NCBI RefSeq assembly: GCF_049337375.1
Contig: NZ_JBMPIV010000015.1
From: Nannocystis pusilla
GTDB taxonomy: Bacteria; Myxococcota_A; Polyangia; Nannocystales; Nannocystaceae
DNA: 64,000 nucleotides
Reading direction: 5' to 3' (one strand)
Shown here: one piece after another, positions 29,805-40,368 of the stretch
How the letters are laid out: every line of letters starts with the position of its first letter
Numbering within the stretch: the stretch's first letter is position 1
Notes under the pieces: generated by a model
What the model was told of the DNA's origin: nothing
The model's database searches: none
The model's input: only the letters and a program-made list of their open reading frames with translations
Made by a program: the position numbers and the translations under genes

Positions 29805-30769
29805 CAGGTCGCCTGGCCTTTCCCGTAGGGCAGGAGGGCCACCAGCTCGCGCACGGCGTTGGCCGAGACCTCGAGCATGCCCTTCTCCTTGTCGCCGAGC
29901 TTCATCTCGATGACCTTCTCGACGCCGCCCTTGCCGAGCACGCACGGGACGCCGATGAAGAGGTCGCTGTAGCCGTACTCGCCCGACAGCAGCGCGGCGC
30001 ACGGGAGCACGCGCTTGCGGTCGCGGACGATCGACTCGACCATCGCCACCGAGGCCGCCGCCGGCGCGTAGTAGCCGGAGTAGCCGAGCAGGCCGACGAT
30101 CTCGCCGCCGCCGCCGCGCGTGCGCTGGATGATGGCGTCGATCTTGTCCTGCGGCAGCAGCTCGGTCAGCGGGATGCCGGCCACCGAGGTGTGGCTCGGC
30201 AGCGGGACCATGGTGTCCCCGTGGCCGCCGAGGACCATGCCGTGGATGTCGTCGACGCTGACGTTCAGCGCCTCGGAGATGAAGTACTTGTAGCGCGCCG
30301 TGTCGAGCACGCCGGCCATGCCGATCACGCGCTCCTTGGGGAAGCCCGACTCGGCGTACATGACGTGGCACATGGCGTCGAGCGGGTTCGAGACGCAGAT
30401 CAGCACCGCGTTCGGCGAGCGGCTGGCGATCTCGCGGGTCACGCCGCCGACGATCTTGCGGTTGATCTCGACGAGCTCGTCGCGGCTGGTGAACTTGCCG
30501 GTGACCGGGTCCTTCTTGCGCGGCACGCCGGCGGTGATCACGACGACATCGCTGTCGGCCGTCTCGTCGTAGCCGTTGCTGCCGACGATCTTGAGGTCGA
30601 AGCCCATGACCGGCGCGGCCTCGGCGAGGTCGAGCGCCTTGCCCTGCGGTACGCCCTGGGCGATGTCGACGAGGACGATGTCGCCGAGGTGCTTCTGGGC
30701 GGCCCAGTGTGCGGCCGTCGCTCCGACGTTGCCGGCTCCCACGATCGTGATCTTGTTGCGGCGTGACAT
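29804..30769 (-). CDS. mdh: malate dehydrogenase (LDH-like type)
   Basis: [11 protein letters not shown], catalytic GGHGDTMVP. Confidence 0.95.
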
Positions 30770-30948
30770 GTGCGAGATCTTTCCCCCTAGGAGGTCCGCG
30801 CTGCATATACCAGCCGCGGAGGCATCGGAGCAACGGCGGCGAAGCGGCCGATGAACGCTGATCTCGCGCTCCTCCGCGGATCTCCGGCAAAGGTGCGACG
30901 ATCGCGCCGGTCGCGGACGGACGACCGACGCCGAATCGGACCTGGCGA

Positions 30949-32763
30949 CTACCGACGCGTGGGAGCCGCCGGTGTGATGGTCAGCTCGACCTTCGCCCCC
31001 TCGCGATCGACGACCACCGGGACGGCGACGCCCGGCTGCAGCTCGCCGAAGCAGGCCATGTAGTCGTCGATGTTGTGGATCTCGCGCTTGCCGATCTTGA
31101 CGATGATGTCGCCGGCCTTGAGCCCGGCGGCCTCGGCGGGGCTCTGCGGGCGGACGCCCGTGAGCTTCATGCCGTCGACGTTGGCGGCGTAGTCGGGGAC
31201 GGTGCCGAGCGAGACGCGGAAGCCGCCGCCGCGCGGGGCCGTGGCCGCGATCTTCTTGAAGTCGAGGACGGGCTGCTCGCGCTGCATCAGGGCGACCAGG
31301 CGGACGCTGAGGTCGGCGATCGCGACGGCGCCCTCGAGGTTGATCTTGTCGAAGTCGTCGGTGGGCCGGTGGTAGTCGTCGTGGGCGCCGCTGAAGAAGT
31401 GGAGGACCGGGATGTCGGCGGCGTAGTAGCTGGCCTGATCGGAGGCGCCGAAGCCGTCCTCGCTCGGCTTGATGACGAGGGTCCGCGCGGCGTCCCGCGG
31501 GTCACCCTTGGCGCGGTCGAGCAGGCCCGGCCAGGCGCTGCTGGTGCCGGTGCCGACGACGACGACGGTGTTGTCGCGCACGCGCCCGACCATGTCGAAG
31601 TTGAGCATGGCGACGATGTCCTTGCGCGCCTCGGGCGAGAGCGACTCGACGACGCGCTTGCTGCCCAGGAGGCCCATCTCCTCGGCGGCGAAGGCGACGA
31701 ACTGGAGGTCGAAGGGCCGCGCCTCGGGCGGCAACTCGGCGAGCGCCGCGGCGACGCCGAGCAGGGCGGCGACGCCGGAGGCGTTGTCGTCGGCGCCGTT
31801 GTGGATGGCGTCGACGCCGGGCGCGAGCGAGGAGCTGCTGCCGCGGCCGAGGTGGTCCATGTGCGCGCCGAGGACGATGCGCTTCGTACCTGTCCCTTTG
31901 AGCAGGGCGGCGACGTTGGCGGTGGTGGCGGTGACGCGCTGGACGGGGCTGTGCAGCGAGCCCTTGACGACGGCGCCGGGCTTGAGGCCGCCGTGCGGGT
32001 CGTCGGCGGTGACGGGGCCCTTCTTGCCGAAGGCCTTGAGGAGGTCGGTGGTGCCGGCGGCGGACACGGCGAGCGCAGGTAGCTGGAGGTCGTTGGCCTC
32101 GCCGTGGTTGGGGTACGGGACGGTGGCGTCGGGCTCCCACAAGATGAAGCCGACAGCGCCGCGATCGCGGGCGGCGATGACCTTCGACTGCACGCGGGTC
32201 TTGGCCGGATCGAGGTGAGGGTCGGCCGGGGCGCCGCTGCGCGCGACGACGATGGCGCCCTTCACCTTGTCGAGCAGCCTGGCGTAGTCGCCGCTGTCGG
32301 GGGTGTCGCCGGGGATGCCGTGGCCGACGTAGACGATCTTGGCGCTGACGGGGGCGGCGCTGGCGGCGGCGAAGGGGACGAGGGTGTGCGCGACGGGCTT
32401 GCCGCCGAGCTGGAGGAGGCTCTGCTCGCCGGAGCGGAGGGCGACGCCGTCGGTGAACTCGAAGCTCTGACGGAAGCTGTCCCCAAAGCCAGGCCCGAGG
32501 CCGAGCTGACGGAAGGCCTGCTCGATGTGCTCCTCGACCCGCTGGTCGGCGGCGGTGCCGGGCGGGCGGCCCTCCTGGGCGTCGTCGGCGAGGAAGGCGA
32601 GGTGCCCGCGCAGGCGCTCCGGTTGGACCGGGGGCGGGTGCTGCGAGGCGGAGCGCGGGGCGTCGGTGGCGGCGGGCTGGCTCGTCGGGTCCTGCGTGGA
32701 CTGCTCGGGCCGGCAGGCGAGCAAGGAGGCGAGGAGGAGCCAGGAGGCGCGGGACGACGACAT
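30949..32763 (-). CDS. M28-family peptidase lipoprotein with PA domain and C-terminal PDZ domain
   Basis: LLAC lipobox. [20 protein letters not shown]-terminal PDZ ([12 protein letters not shown]). Confidence 0.75.
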   Translation of the reverse strand: MSSSRASWLLLASLLACRPEQSTQDPTSQPAATDAPRSASQHPPPVQPERLRGHLAFLADDAQEGRPPGTAADQRVEEHIEQAFRQLGLGPGFGDSFRQSFEFTDGVALRSGEQSLLQLGGKPVAHTLVPFAAASAAPVSAKIVYVGHGIPGDTPDSGDYARLLDKVKGAIVVARSGAPADPHLDPAKTRVQSKVIAARDRGAVGFILWEPDATVPYPNHGEANDLQLPALAVSAAGTTDLLKAFGKKGPVTADDPHGGLKPGAVVKGSLHSPVQRVTATTANVAALLKGTGTKRIVLGAHMDHLGRGSSSSLAPGVDAIHNGADDNASGVAALLGVAAALAELPPEARPFDLQFVAFAAEEMGLLGSKRVVESLSPEARKDIVAMLNFDMVGRVRDNTVVVVGTGTSSAWPGLLDRAKGDPRDAARTLVIKPSEDGFGASDQASYYAADIPVLHFFSGAHDDYHRPTDDFDKINLEGAVAIADLSVRLVALMQREQPVLDFKKIAATAPRGGGFRVSLGTVPDYAANVDGMKLTGVRPQSPAEAAGLKAGDIIVKIGKREIHNIDDYMACFGELQPGVAVPVVVDREGAKVELTITPAAPTRR

Positions 32764-33325
32764 GGGGCGAAGGATGCGCGAGCGCAGGCGAGGGGCGCAA
32801 GAGGTGGGGACCGGGACGGGCGGCGCCCGCGAGCTGTCCTCGGAGACATGACCCTCCGGACTCGTGACGGGCGCGGCGCCGACCGGGCCGGGCGCGGCAG
32901 TCGTGACGGGACTTACGCGCGCTTGAAGGGGTCTTCAAGAGGATTGGGGATTTTTGTGGGGATCGATAGGTGCGGGAATTGCTTGGGAAGCCGACCGATG
33001 CGGCGTCGCTCCGGGCTGCGATTCACGGTGACGCGTCCCCGCTCGGGGATGCCCGCCGGGTGTTCGTCGCCGAGGCGGCACGCGAGCACGACGAAGACGG
33101 CGGGCGCCGCGAGGTCGAGGCTGTCCGAAGGGGCAGGTTCGGGGCGGATCGGGCTGAAGGTGCTCGGAGCGACGCGCGCCGCTCGCGGGCGGCCGAGGGC
33201 GCCGGGCTGGTGCGGGCCGTCGCTGCGCCGTCATGGGGTGACGATCGATGAGGCCGGGGGGCACCCGCGGCGCGGCGATCGACGAGTTGCGGACGGCCTC
33301 GGTGGCCGCGAGCGAGGAGAAAAGT

Positions 33326-34564
33326 ATGTGGCTTAGAACATGGTATATTGGACATGTCCTTGGGTTCATGGCTTTCATGACAGGTTGCGATCCGAAGGAC
33401 CCGGGGGTCACGGGCGGGACGCCCGGCGAGGGGACGACCACGGGTGGGACCGACAGCGACGGGACGACCGCCGGCGGCGGGAGCGACAGCGAGGGGACGA
33501 CGAGCGCGGCGGAGACGACCGAAGGACCGGACGAGACGACCGGCGGACCGGGCGACGCGACGACCGAGACGACGTCGGGAGGGCACGACACCGACTCGGG
33601 GTCGACGCCGGAAGACTTCGCGTGCGAGGGCGGAGCGTGGCTGTTCGTCGATCCGGAGACGAGCGGCGCGGGCAAGGTGTCGCTCGCGGCCGACGGGCGG
33701 GCGCGGGTGTTCAGCGACGGCCTGTCGCGCGAGTTCGACGCGGCGGGGACGCTGGTGGCGACGGTGCCGATCTCGTCGGGGGCGGCCCACTGGGACATCG
33801 ACGCCGCGGGCAACGGCTACGCGATGTTCCGCGACGAGGACGGGGTGTCGCCGCGGAAGTGGCTGCGCAAGTTCGACCCGGCCGGGGTGATGCTGTGGGA
33901 GCGCGACCTGGGGCCGCGCGATCAGGGCTACGCGTGGGGCTACGACATCGCGATCGCGGCCGACGGGACGACGGTGTACAGCGACGGCGCTGCCGTCGGC
34001 GACGGGACGCGGATGATCAAGCACGCGGCCGACGGGACGCTGCTGTGGGACCTCGAGGTCGTGGACCAACTGGAGGTGGTGGCGATCGGGGCGTCGGGAG
34101 CGATGGCGGCGCTGGTGTGGAACGAGGGGGTCCGGCTGCTCGACCCGTCCGGCGCGGAGCTGTGGACGCGCCCGTGGGAGCTCTCGGTGCTCAGCACGGC
34201 GGCGATCGACGGCGCGGGCGCGGTGGTGGTCGGGGCCCAGATCGGGTCGTCGGGGGTGAGGATCGGGAAGTTCGCGGCTGACGGGACGCCGCTGTGGGAC
34301 TCGATCGTCGAGGACATGTGGAGCTTCGGCGACGTCGCGGTCAACACAAGCGGCGAGATCGCGGTCGGCGGCCACCACAACAACGATACCCCGTTCCGCG
34401 GGATGGTGGCGCGGCTCGACCCGTCCGGCGCGACGCTGGCGGCGCACCGCTGCGACAGCGGGTCATGGGAGGTCGACGTCGCGATCGACGACGCGGGGAC
34501 GATCTTCGCGTCCGGCGCGGTCGACTTCGAGACCTATCACATGTACGTGACGGCGTACGAGTGA
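33326..34564 (+). CDS. lipoprotein with Gly/Thr-rich linker and beta-propeller-like repeats
   Basis: FMTGC lipobox. GAGGAG RBS 8 nt upstream. AT-richer start region. Confidence 0.55.
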   Translation: MWLRTWYIGHVLGFMAFMTGCDPKDPGVTGGTPGEGTTTGGTDSDGTTAGGGSDSEGTTSAAETTEGPDETTGGPGDATTETTSGGHDTDSGSTPEDFACEGGAWLFVDPETSGAGKVSLAADGRARVFSDGLSREFDAAGTLVATVPISSGAAHWDIDAAGNGYAMFRDEDGVSPRKWLRKFDPAGVMLWERDLGPRDQGYAWGYDIAIAADGTTVYSDGAAVGDGTRMIKHAADGTLLWDLEVVDQLEVVAIGASGAMAALVWNEGVRLLDPSGAELWTRPWELSVLSTAAIDGAGAVVVGAQIGSSGVRIGKFAADGTPLWDSIVEDMWSFGDVAVNTSGEIAVGGHHNNDTPFRGMVARLDPSGATLAAHRCDSGSWEVDVAIDDAGTIFASGAVDFETYHMYVTAYE

Positions 34565-34654
34565 GTCAAAGGTCGAGGGCTCGCGGCAGGCCGGCTGCCG
34601 CGAGCTGGCTCGAAGGACAGGTCGCTTGGCCGCGCTGCGCGGCAGGCTGACGTC

Positions 34655-34730
34655 GCATCGAGATGTCCTTCGGGACATCTGACTCCGCAGGTCCGACGCC
34701 GCGGGCTGTCCTGAAGGACAGCCGCGTCAG
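34655..34730. repeat. GGACATGTCC-family palindromic repeat array
   Basis: gagatgtccttcgggacatctgac...ctgtcctgaaggacagcc. Confidence 0.65.
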
Positions 34731-36433
34731 AGGTCGAGGAGCTCGCGGCAGGCGGCGGCGGCCCGGCGCACGGTATTGCGATCTGTCCCGAAGTGCAGGC
34801 CGGCAGCGGCGAACAGGTCGGGCAGGCGGGCACGGGCGCCGAGGGCGAGGGCGCGACGCAGGTCGGCGACGGCGGCGGCGGGCTCGGCGAGGGCGCGGCG
34901 GTAGAGTTGAACGGCGCCCAGGCCGGCGATCGCGTACTCGATGTAGTAGAAGGGCAGCTCGAACACGTGCAGGCGGCGCTGCCACAGGGCGGCGCGGTCG
35001 GCCTCGAGGCCGCTCCAGTCGACGCCGGGGCACAGCCGCCGGTGCTGCGCGAGCCAGGCGGCGTCGCGGGTCGCACGATCGCCGGCCTCGTCGGGGCGGG
35101 TGTAGACCCAGTGCTGGAAGGCGTCGATGGCGGCGGCGTGCGGGAGGAACAGGACGAGCTGCTCGAGCTGGTGACGCGCCGCGCGGGCGCAGGTGTCGGC
35201 GTCGTAGAAGGCGCCCAGGTGGGTGGCGGCGAGCAGCTCCACGCCCATGCCCGCGACCTCGCAGAACTCGATCGGCGGGTGGCGGTTCCAGATCAGCGGG
35301 TCGCTGGCGCAGGCGAGGGCGTGGAAGGCGTGGCCGCCCTCGTGCAAGACGGTGAGCAGGTCCTCGTGGCGGCCGACGGCGCCGGCGAACACGAAGGGGA
35401 GGCCGCTGGCGTGCAGGTGGACCTGGAAGGCGCCGGCGGCCTTGCCTGGCCGCGATATCAGGTCCAAAAGGCCATGTTCGGCGAGGCGCGAGAACTGGCG
35501 GGCGAACTCGGGGTCGACCGCTTCGAAGGCGCGGGCGCAGCCGGCGATCAGCGCCTCCTCGCGGGTGAACGGGACGAGCGGGCCGCCGGGCAGGGCCCCG
35601 AGGTCCCACGGGCGCAGGACGTCGAGGCCGAGCGCGGCGGCGCGGCGACGGAGGACGCGGCCGGCGAGCGGGACGAACTCGGCGGCGATGGCGTCGTGCA
35701 GCGCGAGGCAGTCGGCGGGGCCGTAGGCGAGGCGGTCGAGGCGGCGGAAGCGATAGGCGCGGTAGTCGGGCAGCTCGGCGGCGGCGGCCTGGGCCCGGCG
35801 GTTGTCGAGGAGGCGGTCGAACAGGTGATCGAGTTCGGGCTTCACTGCCCGGAACTCGGCCGCGACGGTGCGCCAGGCGGCCTCGCGTCGCGAACGGTCA
35901 GGGTCGTCCTCGCTGCGCTCGACGTGAGCGAGCGGAGTGTCGGCGCCGTCCCAGTGGAAGCGCATGCCGGCCCGCAGCTGGCCGTAGGCGGCGCACAGGT
36001 GCTGCTCGGCGGCCTCGAGCGGGACGAGGGCGGGGCGGTGGAGGTCGGCCTGGTTGCGCAGCACCGCGAGGGCGCAGGCGTGGCCGGGCGGGAGGCGAGC
36101 TGCGGCCGGGTGCTCGACGAGCCGCCGCGCGAGGCCGTGGCGCAGCGGTTTGCAGGCGGGGCCGAGGACGTCGACGTGGACGAGCCAGGCGCGCGCGGCC
36201 TCGGGATCGTCGGCGCTGCAGCTGGTGGCGATCTGACGCCGCGCCTGCGCCTCGGCGAGGTGGCTCTCGAGCTCGGACCAGTCGCGCAACCACTGCTCGA
36301 GGATCCACGGGTCGTCGGCCGGCAGCGGTCGCGCGCCGAGCTCGCCGTAGCAGGCCTCGAGATCGGCGAGCCGATCGAGGCGCACGCGCGCGGGCAAGTA
36401 GCGCCGCGGCGGCGGCGGGAGCGAGCCGAACAC
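34727..36433 (-). CDS. pepF: M3-family oligoendopeptidase (PepF-like)
   Basis: HEGGHAFH zinc-binding motif. Confidence 0.8.
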   Translation of the reverse strand: MFGSLPPPPRRYLPARVRLDRLADLEACYGELGARPLPADDPWILEQWLRDWSELESHLAEAQARRQIATSCSADDPEAARAWLVHVDVLGPACKPLRHGLARRLVEHPAAARLPPGHACALAVLRNQADLHRPALVPLEAAEQHLCAAYGQLRAGMRFHWDGADTPLAHVERSEDDPDRSRREAAWRTVAAEFRAVKPELDHLFDRLLDNRRAQAAAAELPDYRAYRFRRLDRLAYGPADCLALHDAIAAEFVPLAGRVLRRRAAALGLDVLRPWDLGALPGGPLVPFTREEALIAGCARAFEAVDPEFARQFSRLAEHGLLDLISRPGKAAGAFQVHLHASGLPFVFAGAVGRHEDLLTVLHEGGHAFHALACASDPLIWNRHPPIEFCEVAGMGVELLAATHLGAFYDADTCARAARHQLEQLVLFLPHAAAIDAFQHWVYTRPDEAGDRATRDAAWLAQHRRLCPGVDWSGLEADRAALWQRRLHVFELPFYYIEYAIAGLGAVQLYRRALAEPAAAVADLRRALALGARARLPDLFAAAGLHFGTDRNTVRRAAAACRELLDL

Positions 36434-36701
36434 GTGCGCCAGAGTAGCACCGCGGCCCGCGGGCGCAGGGGGTTGAACCAGGCCCCGGAGGCGCAGGGGA
36501 CAAGGCGACGTCGCGGGGATGCGCGCGTGAGGTTGGCGAGAGGGCGCGACGCCGATGGGCAGGCTCAGGCGTGAGGCGCACGTGTCGGGGGCGCGCAGGT
36601 TAGGCTGGTTGAAAGGACAGGACCTCGAGGACAGGACCTCAGGGACATGGCCGAGGTGAGGCGCCGGCCAGGGCTCGCGTGAGGCTGGTCGAAGAGACAG
36701 G

Positions 36702-37325
36702 TCAGTCGGGGCGCAGGCCGCGGGTCATCGTGCCGATGGTGAGCTCGATCTCGCGGTCGTCGTCCCAGGGGTAGTCGGGCAGGATGGCCAGGCGCGTGAT
36801 GATGTAGCCGCCGAGAGCGCTCATGAGGAGCCGCAGGACCGTCTCCGGTGGGTCGTCACGGATCTGCCCGCGCGCCTGGTACTTGCGGATGACGGCCAGC
36901 AGCTCGGGGACGACGTGGCGGCCGATGTGGCGGAACACCATCGTGCGCAGCTCCGGGCTGAGCGGGACCTCCTGTAAAAAGATCCGCAGGGCCGGCACGT
37001 GCTCGCGCGCGACCGCGAGGCGGTTGCGCGCGAACTCCCGCAGGAAGTCGGCGAAGTCCGGGTAGTCGGTGTCGATCAGCCGGTGCAGGTCGCGGAAGGC
37101 GATCGGCGCGAGCACCCGCTCGACGAAGGGCTCGAGGATGTGGTCGAGCAGCAGCTGCTTGGTCTTGAAGTGGCGGAAGATCGTGCCCTCGGCGACGCCC
37201 GCCCGCCTGGCGATCTCGCTGGTCGCGGCGCCTCGAAAGCCGCGCTCCGCGATCACTTCGATCGCGGCGCGGACGATGCGCTCGACGCCGCGCACCGGCC
37301 CAGAGTCGTCTTCGCGCGTGGCCAT
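36702..37325 (-). CDS. TetR-family transcriptional regulator
   Basis: N-terminal HTH (ATSEIARRAGVAEGTIFRHFKTK). Confidence 0.85.
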   Translation of the reverse strand: MATREDDSGPVRGVERIVRAAIEVIAERGFRGAATSEIARRAGVAEGTIFRHFKTKQLLLDHILEPFVERVLAPIAFRDLHRLIDTDYPDFADFLREFARNRLAVAREHVPALRIFLQEVPLSPELRTMVFRHIGRHVVPELLAVIRKYQARGQIRDDPPETVLRLLMSALGGYIITRLAILPDYPWDDDREIELTIGTMTRGLRPD

Positions 37326-37344
37326 GACCCCGAGAGCGTGACCT

Positions 37345-37412
37345 GAGTGAGCACTCACTTGCAACCGTCCTGGAGCTGTGACACGGTGAGTGAGCACTCA
37401 CTTGCAGGAGCG
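37345..37412. promoter_or_regulatory. two copies of a 6-2-6 palindrome (AGTGAGcaCTCACT within GTGAGTGAGCACTCACTTGCA), candidate TetR operators
   Basis: A 21-bp direct repeat lies in the divergent TetR/monooxygenase intergenic region. Confidence 0.65.
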
Positions 37413-37417
37413 GAGCG

Positions 37418-38980
37418 ATGGGGTCGATCGACGTGTTGGTGGCAGGAGCGGGGCCCACGGGCTTGACGATGGCGTGCGAGCTGCGGCGGTACGGACTGAC
37501 GGTGCGGGTGGTCGATCCCGCGCCGCGCACGACCGAGCACTCCAAGGCGCTGGTCGTCCACGCGCGCACGCGCGAGGTGTTCGAGGCGATGGGGCTGCGC
37601 GCGGCGGTCGAGGCCGAGGCCGAGGCGCTGATGGCGGTGCAGCTGTTTTTTGAAAAGCAGCTGCTGGGGACGCTGGACGTCGCGCGGCTCGGGCCCGACG
37701 TGCCGCGGCCGGTGTTCCTCGATCAGAGCGCGACGGAGCGGATCCTGGCCGAGCACCTGCACCACCTCGGCGGGGCGGTCGAGCGCGGGCTGCGTCTGCT
37801 GTCGTTCCGCGACGAGGGCTCGCAGGTGGTGGCGACGATCGGCGGCGACGACGGCCGCACCGAGTCGGTGACTGCGCGCTGGCTGGTCGGCTGCGACGGC
37901 TCCCACAGCGCGGTGCGCCACGGCCTGGGTCTGCCGTTCGAAGGTTCTGCCTATGAGGACATGTTCGATCAGGCAGATCTGAAGATCCGCTGGGACCGCC
38001 CGCCAGGGCTCGGCTGCGGGTTTTTGCGGCCCGCGGGGCTGGTGGTGTTCGCTCCGTTGCCGCGCGGTCGCTATCGCATCATCGCCATGGGGGGCGACGG
38101 TCACGCGCCCGAGCCGACGCTCGAGATGTTTCAGAAGCTGGCCGACGAGCTGGTGCCCGGAGCGGTGCTGTACGACCCGGAGTGGATCCTGCGGTTCCGC
38201 CTGCACCACCGCATGGTGCCGAAGATGGGCGTGGGCTCGGTGTTCCTCGCCGGCGACGCGGCGCACATCCACAGCCCCGCGGGCGGGCAGGGGATGAACA
38301 CGGGGATCCAGGACGCCTTCAACCTGGCGTGGAAGCTGGCGATGGTGGCCCGCGGCGCGGCCCGGCCGGAGCTGCTGGCGACGTACGACGCGGAGCGATT
38401 GCCGGTGGCGAGGCGCACGCTCGAGATGACGGACCGCCTGTTCCGCGGCGCGACGAGCCGACGGACGATGATGCTGCGCAAGCTGATCGTCGGCACGGCG
38501 CTGCGATCACGCGCGCTGCAGCAGCGGATGGCGCGGCGCATGTCGCAGACGGGCGTGTCGTATCGCGAGTCGCCGGCGGTGCTCGACGCCCGCAGCTGGC
38601 CGCGGCGCTCGCCGAGGGCCGGTGATCGAGCGCCGGCGGCGATGCTGCGCGCGGGCGCGGCGACGGTGTCGCTGCACGCGCTGGTGGCGAGCGAGGCGAA
38701 GATGACCCTGTTGCTCATGCACGGATCGTCGCGCTCGCAGGCGCTGGCGATCGCGGGTCGGGAGCTGGCGGAGAAGTGGGGCCGATCGCTGGTGGTTCGC
38801 GACCTGGTCCTGGGTACAGGCGACGCCGAGGCTCTCGGCGATCCTTCGGGCGCCGTGGTCCGCGGGTGGAGAGTGCGCGCGCCTGAGCTCGTGCTGCTCA
38901 GGCCCGACGGGCACATCGCAGTGCGCGCGCCGCTGGCTCGCATCGACGTGCTTCAGGCCTACGCAGCGCGCTGGTTCTAG
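37418..38980 (+). CDS. FAD-dependent aromatic-ring monooxygenase (PheA/TfdB family)
   Basis: GAGPTGL, DGSHSAVR, GDAAHIHSPAGGQGMN motifs. Confidence 0.85.
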   Translation: MGSIDVLVAGAGPTGLTMACELRRYGLTVRVVDPAPRTTEHSKALVVHARTREVFEAMGLRAAVEAEAEALMAVQLFFEKQLLGTLDVARLGPDVPRPVFLDQSATERILAEHLHHLGGAVERGLRLLSFRDEGSQVVATIGGDDGRTESVTARWLVGCDGSHSAVRHGLGLPFEGSAYEDMFDQADLKIRWDRPPGLGCGFLRPAGLVVFAPLPRGRYRIIAMGGDGHAPEPTLEMFQKLADELVPGAVLYDPEWILRFRLHHRMVPKMGVGSVFLAGDAAHIHSPAGGQGMNTGIQDAFNLAWKLAMVARGAARPELLATYDAERLPVARRTLEMTDRLFRGATSRRTMMLRKLIVGTALRSRALQQRMARRMSQTGVSYRESPAVLDARSWPRRSPRAGDRAPAAMLRAGAATVSLHALVASEAKMTLLLMHGSSRSQALAIAGRELAEKWGRSLVVRDLVLGTGDAEALGDPSGAVVRGWRVRAPELVLLRPDGHIAVRAPLARIDVLQAYAARWF

Positions 38981-38986
38981 CGGGCG

Positions 38987-39349
38987 CTACTTGTGGTTGA
39001 GGCCGAAGTACGCGGCGAGGAGGCCGAGCAGCGGCGCGACGAACCACAGGACGCGACCGGCGCCGGGCTTGCGGGCCACCAACGCCGGGGCGGCCGCGAG
39101 GCAGATCCACGCGAGCAACTTGGGGTGAACCCAGCCAGGCATGGCGCCGCCGTACTTCACCCCGAGCATGCCGAAGCCGGCCGCGACGATGAGCAACGTT
39201 CCCACGCCGTGCGTGGCAGCGACCAGGCCGCGCGCGGGGTTGGTCTCACGAGTGCCGCCGGCGATGCCGTGGAACGCGAGGCCGCCGAGGCCCATAAAGA
39301 GGAGGACGATGCCGAAGATGTGGAGGACCAGGAAGAGCTCGTAGGACAC
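38987..39349 (-). CDS. small integral membrane protein (4 TM)
   Basis: 120 aa, hydrophobic. Confidence 0.5.
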   Translation of the reverse strand: MSYELFLVLHIFGIVLLFMGLGGLAFHGIAGGTRETNPARGLVAATHGVGTLLIVAAGFGMLGVKYGGAMPGWVHPKLLAWICLAAAPALVARKPGAGRVLWFVAPLLGLLAAYFGLNHK

Positions 39350-39425
39350 GGCGGCGCCGAGCCTCGCACGCCTCTGCGCGATTTGACAAGCTCGCCCCGG
39401 CTCGAAGGCTGATACACTCGCGGCG

Positions 39426-40208
39426 ATGTCGATCCAGGGCTACAGCGCATCGGAGTTCACCCACGAGGGCGTCACCAAGACGGTCTATCGGCGCGGGCGC
39501 GGCCCGGGAGTCATCATCATCACCGAGGTCCCCGGCATCCACGAGGCGGTGGTCGCGTTCGCCAACCTGGTGGCGGACGCGGGCTTCACCGTCGTCCTGC
39601 CCGACCTGTTCGGCGAGCCGATGAAGCCGGTGTCCGGCGGCTACCTCGCCAGCACGATGCTCAAGCTGTGCGTGAGCAAAGAGTTCAAGCTGCTCGCCGG
39701 CCAGGAGTCGAGCCCGATCACGAACTGGCTGCGCGGCCTGGCCCGCGCGCTGCACAAGGAGCTCGGCGGCAAGGGCGTCGGCGCGATCGGCATGTGCCTG
39801 ACGGGGAACTTCGCGCTGTCGATGGCGGTCGAGCCGTCGCTGATGGCGCCGGTGATGTCGCAGCCGGCGCTGCCGCTGCCGGTCGGCAAGGCGCGCCGCG
39901 GACAGCTGGCGATCGCGCCGGACGAGCTCGCCACGGTCAAGCGGCGGGTCAAGGACGAGGGCCTCAAGGTGCTCGGCCTGTGCTTCACCCACGACGGCAA
40001 GGTCCCGCGCGAGCGGTTCGAGACGCTGAAGCGCGAGCTCAAGGAGGGCTTCGAGGCGATCGAGATCGACTCCGGCCCGGGCAACGCCCACGGGATCAAG
40101 CCGTCGGCCCACAGCGTGCTGACCGTCGACCTCGTCCGCGAGACCGGCCACCCGACCGAGCAGGCGCTGCAGCGAACGCTGTCGTTCCTGCGCGAGCGGC
40201 TGCAGTAG
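39426..40208 (+). CDS. dienelactone hydrolase family protein
   Basis: DLH-like N-terminus and nucleophile Cys in GMCLTGNFAL. Confidence 0.7.
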   Translation: MSIQGYSASEFTHEGVTKTVYRRGRGPGVIIITEVPGIHEAVVAFANLVADAGFTVVLPDLFGEPMKPVSGGYLASTMLKLCVSKEFKLLAGQESSPITNWLRGLARALHKELGGKGVGAIGMCLTGNFALSMAVEPSLMAPVMSQPALPLPVGKARRGQLAIAPDELATVKRRVKDEGLKVLGLCFTHDGKVPRERFETLKRELKEGFEAIEIDSGPGNAHGIKPSAHSVLTVDLVRETGHPTEQALQRTLSFLRERLQ

Positions 40209-40235
40209 AGCAGGGCGCCGGCGCCGCCGGTGCGG

Positions 40236-40368
40236 GATGACTTCGGGGGCATGTCCGTTCGGGCATGCCCCTTCACACATGTCCGAACCGCTCGAGGCGC
40301 GGTGCCTGGAATTCAGCGCATGCCTTTTCGGGCATGTCTGAGCGGCCATGTCCTTGGGGTCATGGCCC
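40236..40368. repeat. GGACATGTCC-family palindromic repeat array (two 3-unit arrays)
   Basis: ggcatgtccgttcgggcatgccccttcacacatgtccgaacc...gcatgccttttcgggcatgtctgagcggccatgtccttggggtcatggcc. Confidence 0.75.

Noticed and set aside
40236-40368. Mini-ORFs beginning MS..TCP / MSxxTCP in many intergenic regions (e.g. 40230..40463, 24362..24871, 42103..42333).
   Set aside because: They are artefacts of the ATG inside the CATGTCC repeat core, with no RBS and no conservation beyond the repeat. The only exception kept is the 60-aa Zn-ribbon ORF, and that with low confidence.
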